The notes beneath the pieces are model-generated. The model saw only the letters and a list, made by a program, of their open reading frames with translations. It had not been told where the DNA came from and did no database searches. Positions 25,964 to 34,364 of a stretch of 34,364 nucleotides of DNA are shown piece by piece. This DNA is from Candidatus Caldarchaeum sp. (GTDB taxonomy: Archaea > Thermoproteota > Nitrososphaeria_A > Caldarchaeales > Caldarchaeaceae). The first letter of the stretch is position 1, and every line of letters starts with the position of its first letter. Where the stretch lies: the NCBI GenBank assembly GCA_038831915.1, contig JAWBKB010000017.1, forward strand, positions 1-34,364. The letters run 5' to 3'. A program made the position numbers and the translations under genes.

Positions 25964-27186
25964 AGTCTCTGCTGCATTTTCCAAAGCTCATATAAGACCG
26001 TATCAGGGATTTCGACAGAATCCAAATTAATCGGTTGGTCTTTTTCGACGCTTCTTTTCACCTTCACGTGGCTGGCGAGCCCTATTGGTAGCAAACCGGA
26101 CTCAGAAGCCGCTTGTCTTTTTTCAATCAGGCCGTAGACGGTATACCCACCTATTCCGTCAAGTTGTTCACCCGGCTTCAGGTCGCGTTTTGCAAATGCA
26201 ACTACATCGCTGAAATAGCCTCTTGCTTTGATGGCTGGCTTTCTTTCAGTCACTGCCTTCTTTACCGTGAGCAGCGTTTCAGACCCGGGTAGATGATACG
26301 GTCTGTAGTAGACGAAGTTCGGGCCTTCTCCTACTTTGAGGTAGCGCATGTTTTCCAGAATCACTTCGTCGTCAGAAGTAGCTATCGCGAATACGCCCGG
26401 GGCTATTCCAATTACGTAGTCAACTACATGAAAATCGTTTAAAATTCCTCCATCCTGCTTCAACCTAAAGATTTTCGCTAAATCTTCGAGTTTCGCCACA
26501 GGACCGTGCATTCCTCTGATGTCTGGAAGCATTCCCGTGGCGTTGGATAGTAGTGTCATTTCGACCATGGTTTTCGTTCCGTCGACGAATGATGTCAGAA
26601 CCTTTGGGTTGAGCTTAGCACGTAAGCTCGACTCGTATACGGTGGTTGGATTCGCGTGAATTTCGAGCGGATTGTTTTTTCCTTTTCCCGCTACTATGAC
26701 TTCCATCCCGATGTACGTTAAAGGCTCGAACAGGTAATGCATGATGGCTCCCGGCTCGTCGCCGATGTCCCCGGTGAAAATAACTCCTGCGAGGTCGGCT
26801 AAACGCGACAAAATCGGTCCAACCGTTGCGTCGAGTTCCGCGTTCAACATGATGACATCTTTCTTTCTGTCGATTGATTTCATAGCGATTTCCGCTCCGG
26901 CCATGACATTTCCGGTCGCGTCGACTACCGCGTTAACTTCCGGTAAATCCGAAACTATGCTGAACGAATCCGTCAGCACGACGCATCCCGAGTCGAAGAT
27001 GCGCTGTGCCTGTTCTTCTGTGCGCGCGACTTTATATCTAAAGCCGGCTTTTTGTAAAGTCAGTTTGCCTTTTTCTATGTCCTGTTCAACCGCAATGGCG
27101 AGCTTAGCTTTCGCTTTCGCAACATGATGAATGAAAACTTCCCCCATTTTACCTAGGCCGACGACCGCTAGCACCGGCTCACGCAT
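25960..27186 (-). CDS. NAD(P)-dependent oxidoreductase with C-terminal SAF domain (COG4091, homoserine-dehydrogenase-like)
   Basis: VVGLGKMG, VDATG, NAELDATVGP.L, GDEPG, GKGKNNPL, SFVDGTKTMVEM, YRPYHL and AKRDLKPGEQLDGIGGY..YG...LPIGL. Confidence 0.88.
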   Translation of the reverse strand: MREPVLAVVGLGKMGEVFIHHVAKAKAKLAIAVEQDIEKGKLTLQKAGFRYKVARTEEQAQRIFDSGCVVLTDSFSIVSDLPEVNAVVDATGNVMAGAEIAMKSIDRKKDVIMLNAELDATVGPILSRLADLAGVIFTGDIGDEPGAIMHYLFEPLTYIGMEVIVAGKGKNNPLEIHANPTTVYESSLRAKLNPKVLTSFVDGTKTMVEMTLLSNATGMLPDIRGMHGPVAKLEDLAKIFRLKQDGGILNDFHVVDYVIGIAPGVFAIATSDDEVILENMRYLKVGEGPNFVYYRPYHLPGSETLLTVKKAVTERKPAIKARGYFSDVVAFAKRDLKPGEQLDGIGGYTVYGLIEKRQAASESGLLPIGLASHVKVKRSVEKDQPINLDSVEIPDTVLYELWKMQQRL

Positions 27187-28254
27187 CTACGTTATCCTCC
27201 ACCCTTTTTCGTCGAATACATTAAGAAATTCCGGGGGCAGGTAAACCCAAACGGTCGAGCCGGCGGCAAATTCCGACTCGCTAAGCGCCTTGATTAATAC
27301 ATCATCATGTTTGAGATGCAAAATGAATTTATTTCTCCCGAGGTTTTCAAGATATACGACTTTAAAGGGAAAAGCTCCTTCGAAATGACTATCATAAATT
27401 TTCACGTGTTCGGGCCTGATCCCGATTCTGATCTCTGCGGGGCCGTCTGAGGGCAGTCTAATTTTTTCATTGCGAATCGTGAGAGAGCCAATGATAAGTC
27501 GCGGCGGTTCGTACTGTGCCTTGATTATGTTCATACCGGGAAAACCGATGAAAAAGCCGACGAATTCGTTGGCCGGCTTATGATATACTTCGTCGAATGT
27601 GCCGAACTGTAGTAGCTCACCATCGGGTGACATGATCGCGATTTTTTCCCCGAATGTCAACGCCTCCGTCTGGTCGTGAGTGACGAAGATCATGGTTTTC
27701 TTTCCGCGCCTGCCCACGTTGAGTAGCAGTTTTTTGATTTCGTATTTTTTCTCTGGTTCTATCGAGCTCATCGGCTCATCTAAAAGAATTATGTCCGAGT
27801 TCTTTATCAAAGCGCGACCGATAGCCACCTTCTGTCTGTCCGCAGGCCCAAGTTTTGTGGCCGATTCATGTAAGATGTTTTCGATTCCGAGGAGTGCCGC
27901 GACTTCGACGGCCTTCTCTTTCTTTTCTTCCTTGGACATTTTCACGTTCATCAAGGGAAACATGAGATTTTCGAGCACGGACATTCGGTAGACGACGGGA
28001 AACTGGAAAACGATGGAAACGTTTCTTTTCTCCGGCGGGAAATTGGTCACGTCGGAATCGTTGATTAGAACTTTGCCGATGGTCGGGCGAATTAGGCCTG
28101 TGATGATTTTGAGAAGAGTGGTTTTCCCGCAACCTGACGGACCGAGTAAAGCATATTGTTTTCCGGATTCAAATAAAAGATTGACATTTTTTACCGCCCA
28201 CCTTTTACCTGAATCGTAAGAATGACTTATATTTTCTAACTGAAGTTTACTCAT
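27187..28254 (-). CDS. Sugar ABC transporter ATPase, GlpT-like
   Basis: GPSGCGKT, VFQFPVVY, degenerate signature LGPADRQK, LLDEP, VTHDQTEALTF and FIGFPGMN. Confidence 0.88.
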   Translation of the reverse strand: MSKLQLENISHSYDSGKRWAVKNVNLLFESGKQYALLGPSGCGKTTLLKIITGLIRPTIGKVLINDSDVTNFPPEKRNVSIVFQFPVVYRMSVLENLMFPLMNVKMSKEEKKEKAVEVAALLGIENILHESATKLGPADRQKVAIGRALIKNSDIILLDEPMSSIEPEKKYEIKKLLLNVGRRGKKTMIFVTHDQTEALTFGEKIAIMSPDGELLQFGTFDEVYHKPANEFVGFFIGFPGMNIIKAQYEPPRLIIGSLTIRNEKIRLPSDGPAEIRIGIRPEHVKIYDSHFEGAFPFKVVYLENLGRNKFILHLKHDDVLIKALSESEFAAGSTVWVYLPPEFLNVFDEKGWRIT

Positions 28255-28266
28255 CCACAATGCGTT

Positions 28267-29358
28267 TTAAACGTTTCTCACATATAAACCTTCTTCAGAG
28301 AAAATCATTACCCGCGAAAGCGGTATGTAAACTCGATTTATCGCAGCAAGTTGATGAATATTGTCCACTGCAGAAGCTAGTATCGTGAAAAAACGGTCAC
28401 CACATTTGGTAACTACGACCTGCTCTGAACCCATGTTTTCAATTAACTCAACGCTGACAGGTATGGAAAGCATCCGCTCAGTCGCGACTGGAAACAACGC
28501 TACGTCGTGTGGATAAAATGCCACTTTGTAATTTTTCCCTTCGTCCAGCTCTGCAAGGTCTGTAACATCGATTTGAAAACATTCATTGATAGCCATGATT
28601 TTTCTGTCATCGTGACGTACGCATTTTGAGTCGAAGACGTTAACTCCAACAATTGAATAAGCATTAGCCGCGTTTAGGTCGACGGGTTTAGCAAAGCATT
28701 CTTTCACGGACCCCTGCTGAACAACCCGGCCCTTTCTCAAATAAACTAATGTTTTACCGAGAGCGGCCGCTTCCTCCGGATTCGGAGTACAATACAGCAC
28801 CGTTGTATTCAATTCTGCGAAAACTCTTTGAAGCTCGAAACGAAGCGATTCTCTTACTTTGTAGTCAAGATTGGTTAGAGGTTGGTCAAATAAATAGACT
28901 TTGGCCCGCTTCACCAAAGCCCTTGCTATGGCCGCTCTCTGTGCTTCTCCTCCACTGCATTCATGCGGTTTTTTGTTGACTATCGTTCCTATGTTAAGAA
29001 AAGAGACGATTTCGTTTACCCTGCTTTGGATTTCTCGCTCGGAGATCTTTTTCACTCTTAACGGAGAAGCGATGTTATCGTATATCGTCATGTTTGGGTA
29101 AAGAGCGAAATTTTGAAATACCATTCCAACATCTCTTTTCTGTGGTGGAAGGTCTGTAACGTCCTTTCCGTCGAAATAGACGCGGCCTTTGTCAGGCTTT
29201 TCCGTTCCGGCAATGATTTTAAGCAGCATTGTTTTGCCCGAACCCGCCGGGCCTAGGATAACAGCCACGTCGCCTGATTTGATTTTAAGGTCAATATCTT
29301 GTAAAACGAGTTGGCCGCCAATTCTTTTCGATACATTTTCGATGACGATTTCTGTCAT
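28267..29358 (-). CDS. Sugar ABC transporter ATPase, GlpS-like
   Basis: GPAGSGKT, SGGEAQR, LFDQPLTNLDYKVRE and YCTPNPEEA. ATG 29358 lies 2 nt after the DUF2160 gene stop. Confidence 0.88.
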   Translation of the reverse strand: MTEIVIENVSKRIGGQLVLQDIDLKIKSGDVAVILGPAGSGKTMLLKIIAGTEKPDKGRVYFDGKDVTDLPPQKRDVGMVFQNFALYPNMTIYDNIASPLRVKKISEREIQSRVNEIVSFLNIGTIVNKKPHECSGGEAQRAAIARALVKRAKVYLFDQPLTNLDYKVRESLRFELQRVFAELNTTVLYCTPNPEEAAALGKTLVYLRKGRVVQQGSVKECFAKPVDLNAANAYSIVGVNVFDSKCVRHDDRKIMAINECFQIDVTDLAELDEGKNYKVAFYPHDVALFPVATERMLSIPVSVELIENMGSEQVVVTKCGDRFFTILASAVDNIHQLAAINRVYIPLSRVMIFSEEGLYVRNV

Positions 29359-29360
29359 GA

Positions 29361-29678
29361 CTATCCCTTCAACAGTACAATAATGACTAAAGGAGTGCCG
29401 ATAATTAGCGTCGTAAACCATGGGAGATTGAGTGCGGCAGTTATTAGCATTACTGCTACCAGAAGCGCGACTGCCAAGAAAATCCTATCTCCCAAAGTCG
29501 TCTTTAGCCCGAAAATGCCTCTTCTTGGCTCGGATGACATCCGGAGAGAAACGACTGCGAGAAACAGAAGAAAGAAGAAGAACGCAACGAGAAAGACCGC
29601 CACTTCACCTTTCCAGTACATCCAAGGCATAAATTCGTTCAGGATAGATTCTAAAGTTTGCAACCACTTGTTTGCCAA
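29361..29678 (-). CDS. DUF2160 small integral membrane protein (GlpU-like)
   Basis: WMYW...F...PRRGIFGLKTTLGDRIF matches the DUF2160 pattern 'WMAW...R.G.L...TTRGDRLF'. Confidence 0.85.
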   Translation of the reverse strand: MANKWLQTLESILNEFMPWMYWKGEVAVFLVAFFFFLLFLAVVSLRMSSEPRRGIFGLKTTLGDRIFLAVALLVAVMLITAALNLPWFTTLIIGTPLVIIVLLKG

Positions 29679-29680
29679 CT

Positions 29681-30493
29681 TTAAAGCCTCCCTATCACGA
29701 ATCCTCTTATAGCGAATTTTCTAACCCAATAAAGCAAAGCTAGTCCAGGTATCAGCGTAATGAAACCAGCCGCAGCAGCGGGGCCGTATTCGACACCCCA
29801 TCCCACTTTTCCGAGGGCGGTTAAAAGCTGCGCGGGGAGAGTCTTCGACATGGTCGAAGCTAAAACGCTGGCAAAGAACATTTCTGTCCACGCGAAAAGC
29901 CATGCGAAGAACATGGCTACACCTATTGCTGGCCTGAGCAGAGGTAGAATAATTTTACGAAACAGCATGAAAGGAGAGTATCCATCGATGTACGCGGCCT
30001 CATCGATCTCCCTTGGAATTGTCGCAAGGAAGCTCGAAATGATCCAAATTGTTATAGGAATTTCAAAAACCATGTAAGCTAGCACCAGGCCGTAATGGGT
30101 GTCCCATATGTTTAAGCCTCTCCAGATCATCAAGTAAGGTATTGAGAAGACAACCGGTGGAGCCATTCGATTTGTTAGAAGCCAAAAGAACAGATGCTTT
30201 TTGGCCAAAAATCTGTACCGGCTAAACACGTAGGCTGCCGGAATGCCGACGGCTAACGCTAAAGCCATCGCAGACAGCGAAATCAAAATAGAATTTACTA
30301 TGCCTGTTCTCCAATATGCCACTTCAAAAATCTCTATCCAGTGTCCAAAAAATAGGTCCGGCATAGATGCGCCTTCGTTGATGCGTTGCTTTGAAGATAT
30401 AGAGACTGAAAAGGTGAAGTAAACGGGTATTACCATTAAAGCCGTTATCACCGCGAGAATCAACAGTTTTACAATTACTGATACTGACCTCAT
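29681..30493 (-). CDS. Carbohydrate ABC permease, GlpQ-like
   Basis: PAAYVFSRYRFLAKKHLFFWLLTNRMAPP, EAA loop EIDEAAYIDG, and WTEMFFAS. ATG 30493 overlaps the upstream TGA. Confidence 0.9.
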   Translation of the reverse strand: MRSVSVIVKLLILAVITALMVIPVYFTFSVSISSKQRINEGASMPDLFFGHWIEIFEVAYWRTGIVNSILISLSAMALALAVGIPAAYVFSRYRFLAKKHLFFWLLTNRMAPPVVFSIPYLMIWRGLNIWDTHYGLVLAYMVFEIPITIWIISSFLATIPREIDEAAYIDGYSPFMLFRKIILPLLRPAIGVAMFFAWLFAWTEMFFASVLASTMSKTLPAQLLTALGKVGWGVEYGPAAAAGFITLIPGLALLYWVRKFAIRGFVIGRL

Positions 30494-31344
30494 TCGATCA
30501 ACCCTTTTCCTTTCGTAAGTCCAATAACCATGATCCAACTTAGGATGATCACTATGTAGAGGTAAACTAGAGAAATTGCCGACGCATAGCCCACGTTCCA
30601 TTGTTCGATTCCCAAGGTTCTAACATATTGAGTGACAAACTCGGTTGATAATCCGGGGCCGCCGCCAGTAAGTATGAAGACTTCGTCGAAAATTTTCAAT
30701 GTGTCGATAAGTCGTAGCAGAGCGACGAATGTTAGGGGGAATACAAGCTGCGGAAACTCGGCGTATCTGAATATCTGCCACCTTGTAGCCCCATCCACTC
30801 TTGCAGACAAAATGTAAGTTTCATTCATGCTGGAAAGAGCCGCGAGTGAAACAAGGAAAACTAAACCTGTCCAGTGCCAGACATCCATCAGTATGACAGT
30901 TAGTATCGCATGCACTTCGTTTCTAAAAGGGTCGTATGCTCCCGATCCGAAAATCGATAAAATCCCGTTGAAAAGAATTCCAAAAGGACCATTGCTTCTC
31001 ACCATGAGAAGCCACATCATACCAATGGTCACGGGTGGAAAAAGTGTTGGAAGAATTATCAAAGACCCGATTAAAGCATTAAGTTTTCCGTATCCTTTTA
31101 ACATGTATCCCAACGCAAGACCAAGTGGGATTTCTATCGCTAAGCAGATTCCTGCAAAGGCTAAACTTCTCAACAGGGCATTGGTAAATCGATAATCTTC
31201 AAACATTCTGTAAAAATGGTCAAAGCCTACGAAGATGTTTCGGGTTGTGAAAGGCGTCTGAACAGCGTAGTTCAACAATGCGAATAGCGGAAAAATTCCA
31301 ACAAAACCCGTAATTATTAATGCAGGTAAGAGGAGCCTCTTCAT
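30490..31344 (-). CDS. Carbohydrate ABC permease, GlpP-like
   Basis: NYAVQ, IEIPLG, MDVWHWTGLV, SARVDGATRWQIFRY and DEVFILTGGGPG. Confidence 0.9.
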   Translation of the reverse strand: MKRLLLPALIITGFVGIFPLFALLNYAVQTPFTTRNIFVGFDHFYRMFEDYRFTNALLRSLAFAGICLAIEIPLGLALGYMLKGYGKLNALIGSLIILPTLFPPVTIGMMWLLMVRSNGPFGILFNGILSIFGSGAYDPFRNEVHAILTVILMDVWHWTGLVFLVSLAALSSMNETYILSARVDGATRWQIFRYAEFPQLVFPLTFVALLRLIDTLKIFDEVFILTGGGPGLSTEFVTQYVRTLGIEQWNVGYASAISLVYLYIVIILSWIMVIGLTKGKGLIE

Positions 31345-31477
31345 GGCCCGAAACCCTAAATGGCACAATGCATATAAATATTTTTCCCAACATCGGTTTC
31401 ACCGGATTCTCTATCTTCGACAATTTTTTGGTCTTGGGAAAGGCTGTGTCAAAAGTTGACTATCGCAGGTAGCCCGG

Positions 31478-32251
31478 TCATCCGGTTACTTTTTTTAACG
31501 CTTCATCCACTTCTTTGTCTTCATGGATTATTGCGACCAAAGCTTTGACGACTTTCTCTGGGTTTGGATGCTGCCAAATATTTCTTCCGATTGTTCCACC
31601 ACAAGCACCCGACTCCATCGCTTCCTTCAACATCGTCAAAACGTCTTTCACGCTTCCCATCTTTGCTCCCCCCATCACCATTATCGGTATCAACGTAGAC
31701 GTAACAACTTTTCTATATTCTGACGGAGGTCCCACGTACGCCGTTTTGCAAATGTCGCCCCCCAGTTCGGCTCCGATGCGCGCTGCCTGCTTCACTTTTT
31801 CCAAATCATACAACACTGTACCTTCTTGGTCGGTGGGGACGATCTCGACCATGTAAGGCATTCCCCATTCTTCGCATGCCAAGGAAATCTCCGAAATATT
31901 GTTTATAGTGCTCCAGTCTAGCGGTACCTGTCCAAAATACGTCGTTTTGACGGCGTCTGCGTCCAATTTGACTGAATACTTCACATACGACTTCTCAAAG
32001 GGAATGGAAAGTATAAAAGGTATCTTTATTTTTCCGTGGCTGACCAAATGCTTTGCGATCGCAGGTGTCACCAATATCGCGTCAGCTCCTCCTTCTGTCA
32101 CCTTAGAGACGACCGAGAAAATGTCTTCAAGACTTCGAAATTCCCCCATCATACCGTGGTCCATCGCCACGACAAGTGACCTGTTTCTTGCGGAAAAGAA
32201 ATTTCTCATTCTTCTTGCTTTTCCCGCAAAAGACACGTGACTGAAGCTCAT
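31478..32251 (-). CDS. Class I aldolase, DhnA/FbaB/LsrF family
   Basis: VVAMDHG, GADA, ARIGAELGGDICKTAY (Schiff-base Lys), GGAK and GRNIWQH. Confidence 0.9.
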   Translation of the reverse strand: MSFSHVSFAGKARRMRNFFSARNRSLVVAMDHGMMGEFRSLEDIFSVVSKVTEGGADAILVTPAIAKHLVSHGKIKIPFILSIPFEKSYVKYSVKLDADAVKTTYFGQVPLDWSTINNISEISLACEEWGMPYMVEIVPTDQEGTVLYDLEKVKQAARIGAELGGDICKTAYVGPPSEYRKVVTSTLIPIMVMGGAKMGSVKDVLTMLKEAMESGACGGTIGRNIWQHPNPEKVVKALVAIIHEDKEVDEALKKVTG

Positions 32252-32322
32252 AATCTAGGTTTGTAATAGCCGTATATAAGTATTGGCTGACTTAGTGCGC
32301 GAATTGAAAAAAAGATAGAGTG

Positions 32323-34095
32323 CTACAGAGGACCTACTTTCTGTCCGAGCAGGCCGCTGCTTCTCAAATAGTCGTCGATAGCCTGTGCAACGCTGACGGC
32401 TATCTCTGCTCCGGGTAGTTTCCGACCCAACCCTTCCATACCTTTGTCTCTCGCTAGAGGCAGTACTTCGGGATAGATCACGCCTATCGCGTTATCAGTT
32501 CCGAAGAATGACTTGCTCGCGACTTCGACCATTGATATCATTCCTCCCCAATCCTTGTCTTTGGCCTTGAAGGCCGGAGCTTGAAATGTTGACCATCTGA
32601 CCGGAAGTCCGACTTCAAGGTTTTTCTTGAGTTCGACGGCCTTTGAAGTCATAAACGCCGCGAAGAGGAAAGCAGCGTCGGCCCGAGGTGAATAGGCTGA
32701 GATAACCCATCCTGATGGGTCGATGTATCCTCTCGGCTTTCTCGGATGGTAGTTGGGAGCATAGACTGGATATGGTGCGAATTCGAACTTTCCTTTAACG
32801 TTCGAGTCTGCAGCTGATAAGCTCGTTGCCCAGTGGAAGTAGAAGGGCCACATCGTTGCGTAATTCGCATCGTATTTGAACGCGTCATGAGCCTCGACTA
32901 TCCCGATTTCGAAGGCTTTAGGCGGTGCGAATTTCAAAGAATCTTCTAACCACCATTTGTACATGGCTTTGCCGGCTTCGCTGTCAAGCCGTCCGCCCCT
33001 TGCGCTGGAGGCGCCTCCGATGGTCCAGTCTTTAACGTTGATACCCCATGGAGTAGAGACTCCGTCGATGTGAGTCAGTTCCAGAGGCATTTTGCCCTCC
33101 GGCGCTGGGTCGCTCAACTGGAAGCAGTCGTCTAAGCCATCCGCAATGTACCAGCCAAGCCAGTCTCCGGGTTTGACTCCGGTGACATAACCATACAGGT
33201 TTTTGTCTGGGTCGGTGAAGAATTCAGCGACATCTCGTGCTTTGTCAGTAGTCCAGTCATCGCTTACATTGCCGCTTTTTCGTGCATCCATATAATATTG
33301 CATCGGAGTTTTGAGTTCATATCCATATCGTCGTTTGAATTCCTGTTTGTTTGCCTGGTCTTCGAAAAGGTCTTTACGATACACCGTTCCAGCGAAGGCG
33401 TTATATGCGTGAAGGGCGTAAAGATTTCCTTGGCTGTCGCTGTAGCTGGCTCTTAGGAAGAAGTCTGCGACATCAAAATGGGGCGGCCGTAGTTGAGGTT
33501 TCTTGCTCAACAGGTCCGTTATGTTTACCGCGCTTTTGTTATATATATAGAATCCGTTCATGTCTTGGTCTGTTCCAATCAGGTCATATAATCCGGCCCT
33601 TAGCCTGGCGTCTTGAACACTACGAACAATGGTATCATAGTTTGACATGGCTTCGAACGTCAAATTTATTCCAGTGATCTCTTTGAAACGCGGTGCGAGG
33701 TTTTTCTCCTCCCAAACCGCCCCCGGGACTGCTTCATACATCACTAGCAATGTTTGGCCGCGATATGGTTTCGAAGCTCGGACAAAATGAATGATCTCTT
33801 CTTCGAGTTGAGGCCGTGAAAGAACTGTGTCACCGCCGATATAATCGATTAACCGGTATGCGGCTCGAAGGTAGGGTTCATCTTCTGCCGAAAGTCCAGG
33901 CGGATAGGCAGGAGTTGTGGGTGGAGTGGCACCCGTCACCGTTACGGTTTGCGTCAACACCCTAGTCAATGTCTGGGTTACGATTTCAGGAGGACGGGCG
34001 AAGAATCCTGCCGCAGCCCCTATGACTAGACCGGCAACGGTTCCCGTGGCAATCTTTAAGGCTGTCCTCCTATCAACGTTTCCTTTTTCACTCAC
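32323..34095 (-). CDS. ABC transporter substrate-binding protein, GlpV-like, with twin-arginine signal and Thr-rich linker
   Basis: DRRTALK plus a TM helix, a TQTLT..TQTVTVT linker, LSRPQLEEEI..F..ASKPY, F.EITGI, GYIDPSGW and AAFLFAAFMTSK. GTG 34095 is preferred over ATG 34113 because TTAAATA (34125-34119) lies at leaderless spacing. Confidence 0.88.
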   Translation of the reverse strand: MSEKGNVDRRTALKIATGTVAGLVIGAAAGFFARPPEIVTQTLTRVLTQTVTVTGATPPTTPAYPPGLSAEDEPYLRAAYRLIDYIGGDTVLSRPQLEEEIIHFVRASKPYRGQTLLVMYEAVPGAVWEEKNLAPRFKEITGINLTFEAMSNYDTIVRSVQDARLRAGLYDLIGTDQDMNGFYIYNKSAVNITDLLSKKPQLRPPHFDVADFFLRASYSDSQGNLYALHAYNAFAGTVYRKDLFEDQANKQEFKRRYGYELKTPMQYYMDARKSGNVSDDWTTDKARDVAEFFTDPDKNLYGYVTGVKPGDWLGWYIADGLDDCFQLSDPAPEGKMPLELTHIDGVSTPWGINVKDWTIGGASSARGGRLDSEAGKAMYKWWLEDSLKFAPPKAFEIGIVEAHDAFKYDANYATMWPFYFHWATSLSAADSNVKGKFEFAPYPVYAPNYHPRKPRGYIDPSGWVISAYSPRADAAFLFAAFMTSKAVELKKNLEVGLPVRWSTFQAPAFKAKDKDWGGMISMVEVASKSFFGTDNAIGVIYPEVLPLARDKGMEGLGRKLPGAEIAVSVAQAIDDYLRSSGLLGQKVGPL

Positions 34096-34144
34096 ATTTA
34101 TACTTAAAACCATAGCGATATTTAACTTTTACCATCCATAAAAC

Positions 34145-34364
34145 GGGACTGTCAACTTGAGTCTTTTGGAAAGGGGAAAGGCCTATGGCCTGAGGTGTAG
34201 CTCTCCCATTCATGCATGTCTTCGATTATATCGTTGGTTGTATGTCTAGGCTCTTCAGGTTCCATAACTATAGTTCTTCTGAGAAGGCTTAGCTTTAGGG
34301 ATGTGTCTGAGAGGTATGCCTCTAGGGAGAGTGTTGGGGAGTGGGTTCATAGGCTGGGGAGGGT
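34145..34364 (+). mobile_element. Left end of a degenerate IS6-family-like insertion sequence
   Basis: GGGACTGTCAACTT resembles IS6-type terminal inverted repeats (GGNWCTGT). Composition shifts abruptly. Broken transposase start: ATG 34212 ...RLFRFHNYSSSEKA*, then in another frame LSFRDVSERYASRESVGEWVHRLGR. Confidence 0.65.

Noticed and set aside
1-34364. CRISPR arrays, rRNA genes, full-length tRNAs, and the remaining antisense or nested ORFs in the track
   Set aside because: No regularly spaced repeats or complete RNA gene structures were seen by eye. The other short ORFs are shadows of well-supported genes.

Overview
Archaeal chromosomal window. Gene content, mostly leaderless genes with a TATA box about 24-25 nt upstream, and protein style suggest a TACK archaeon resembling Aigarchaeota/Caldarchaeales (inference). 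From left to right: (1) 1-11.5 kb, a mixed housekeeping and signalling block: partial mobB, rpiA, DUF996, TrmB, a UbiE-like methyltransferase, an inactive-KaiC/V4R fusion facing an intact KaiC-like ATPase, a presenilin-type protease followed by citG, an ArsR/membrane pair, and cyclase, CoA-transferase and crotonase genes. (2) 11.5-15.4 kb, the conserved srp54-pus10-rpl21e-rpoF-DUF655 cluster. (3) An unannotated 49-aa leaderless ORF and an NDP-sugar epimerase. (4) An orphan 5' half of an Ala-like tRNA with its own promoter, then an AT-rich islet with a tandem AbrB-like ORF, then about 3 kb of decayed genes (ABC ATPase stub, ABC permease, polyprenyl synthase, damaged thioredoxin). (5) An acidic protein resembling ribosomal eL33/L35Ae. 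(6) A 13-kb carbohydrate/polyol locus: B12-binding radical SAM enzyme, Zn-dehydrogenase, FGGY kinase, orphan protein, SAF-domain oxidoreductase, a complete GlpSTPQUV-like ABC importer and a class I aldolase. (7) The left end of a degenerate IS6-like element. All family calls come from motif recognition by eye; no searches were run.
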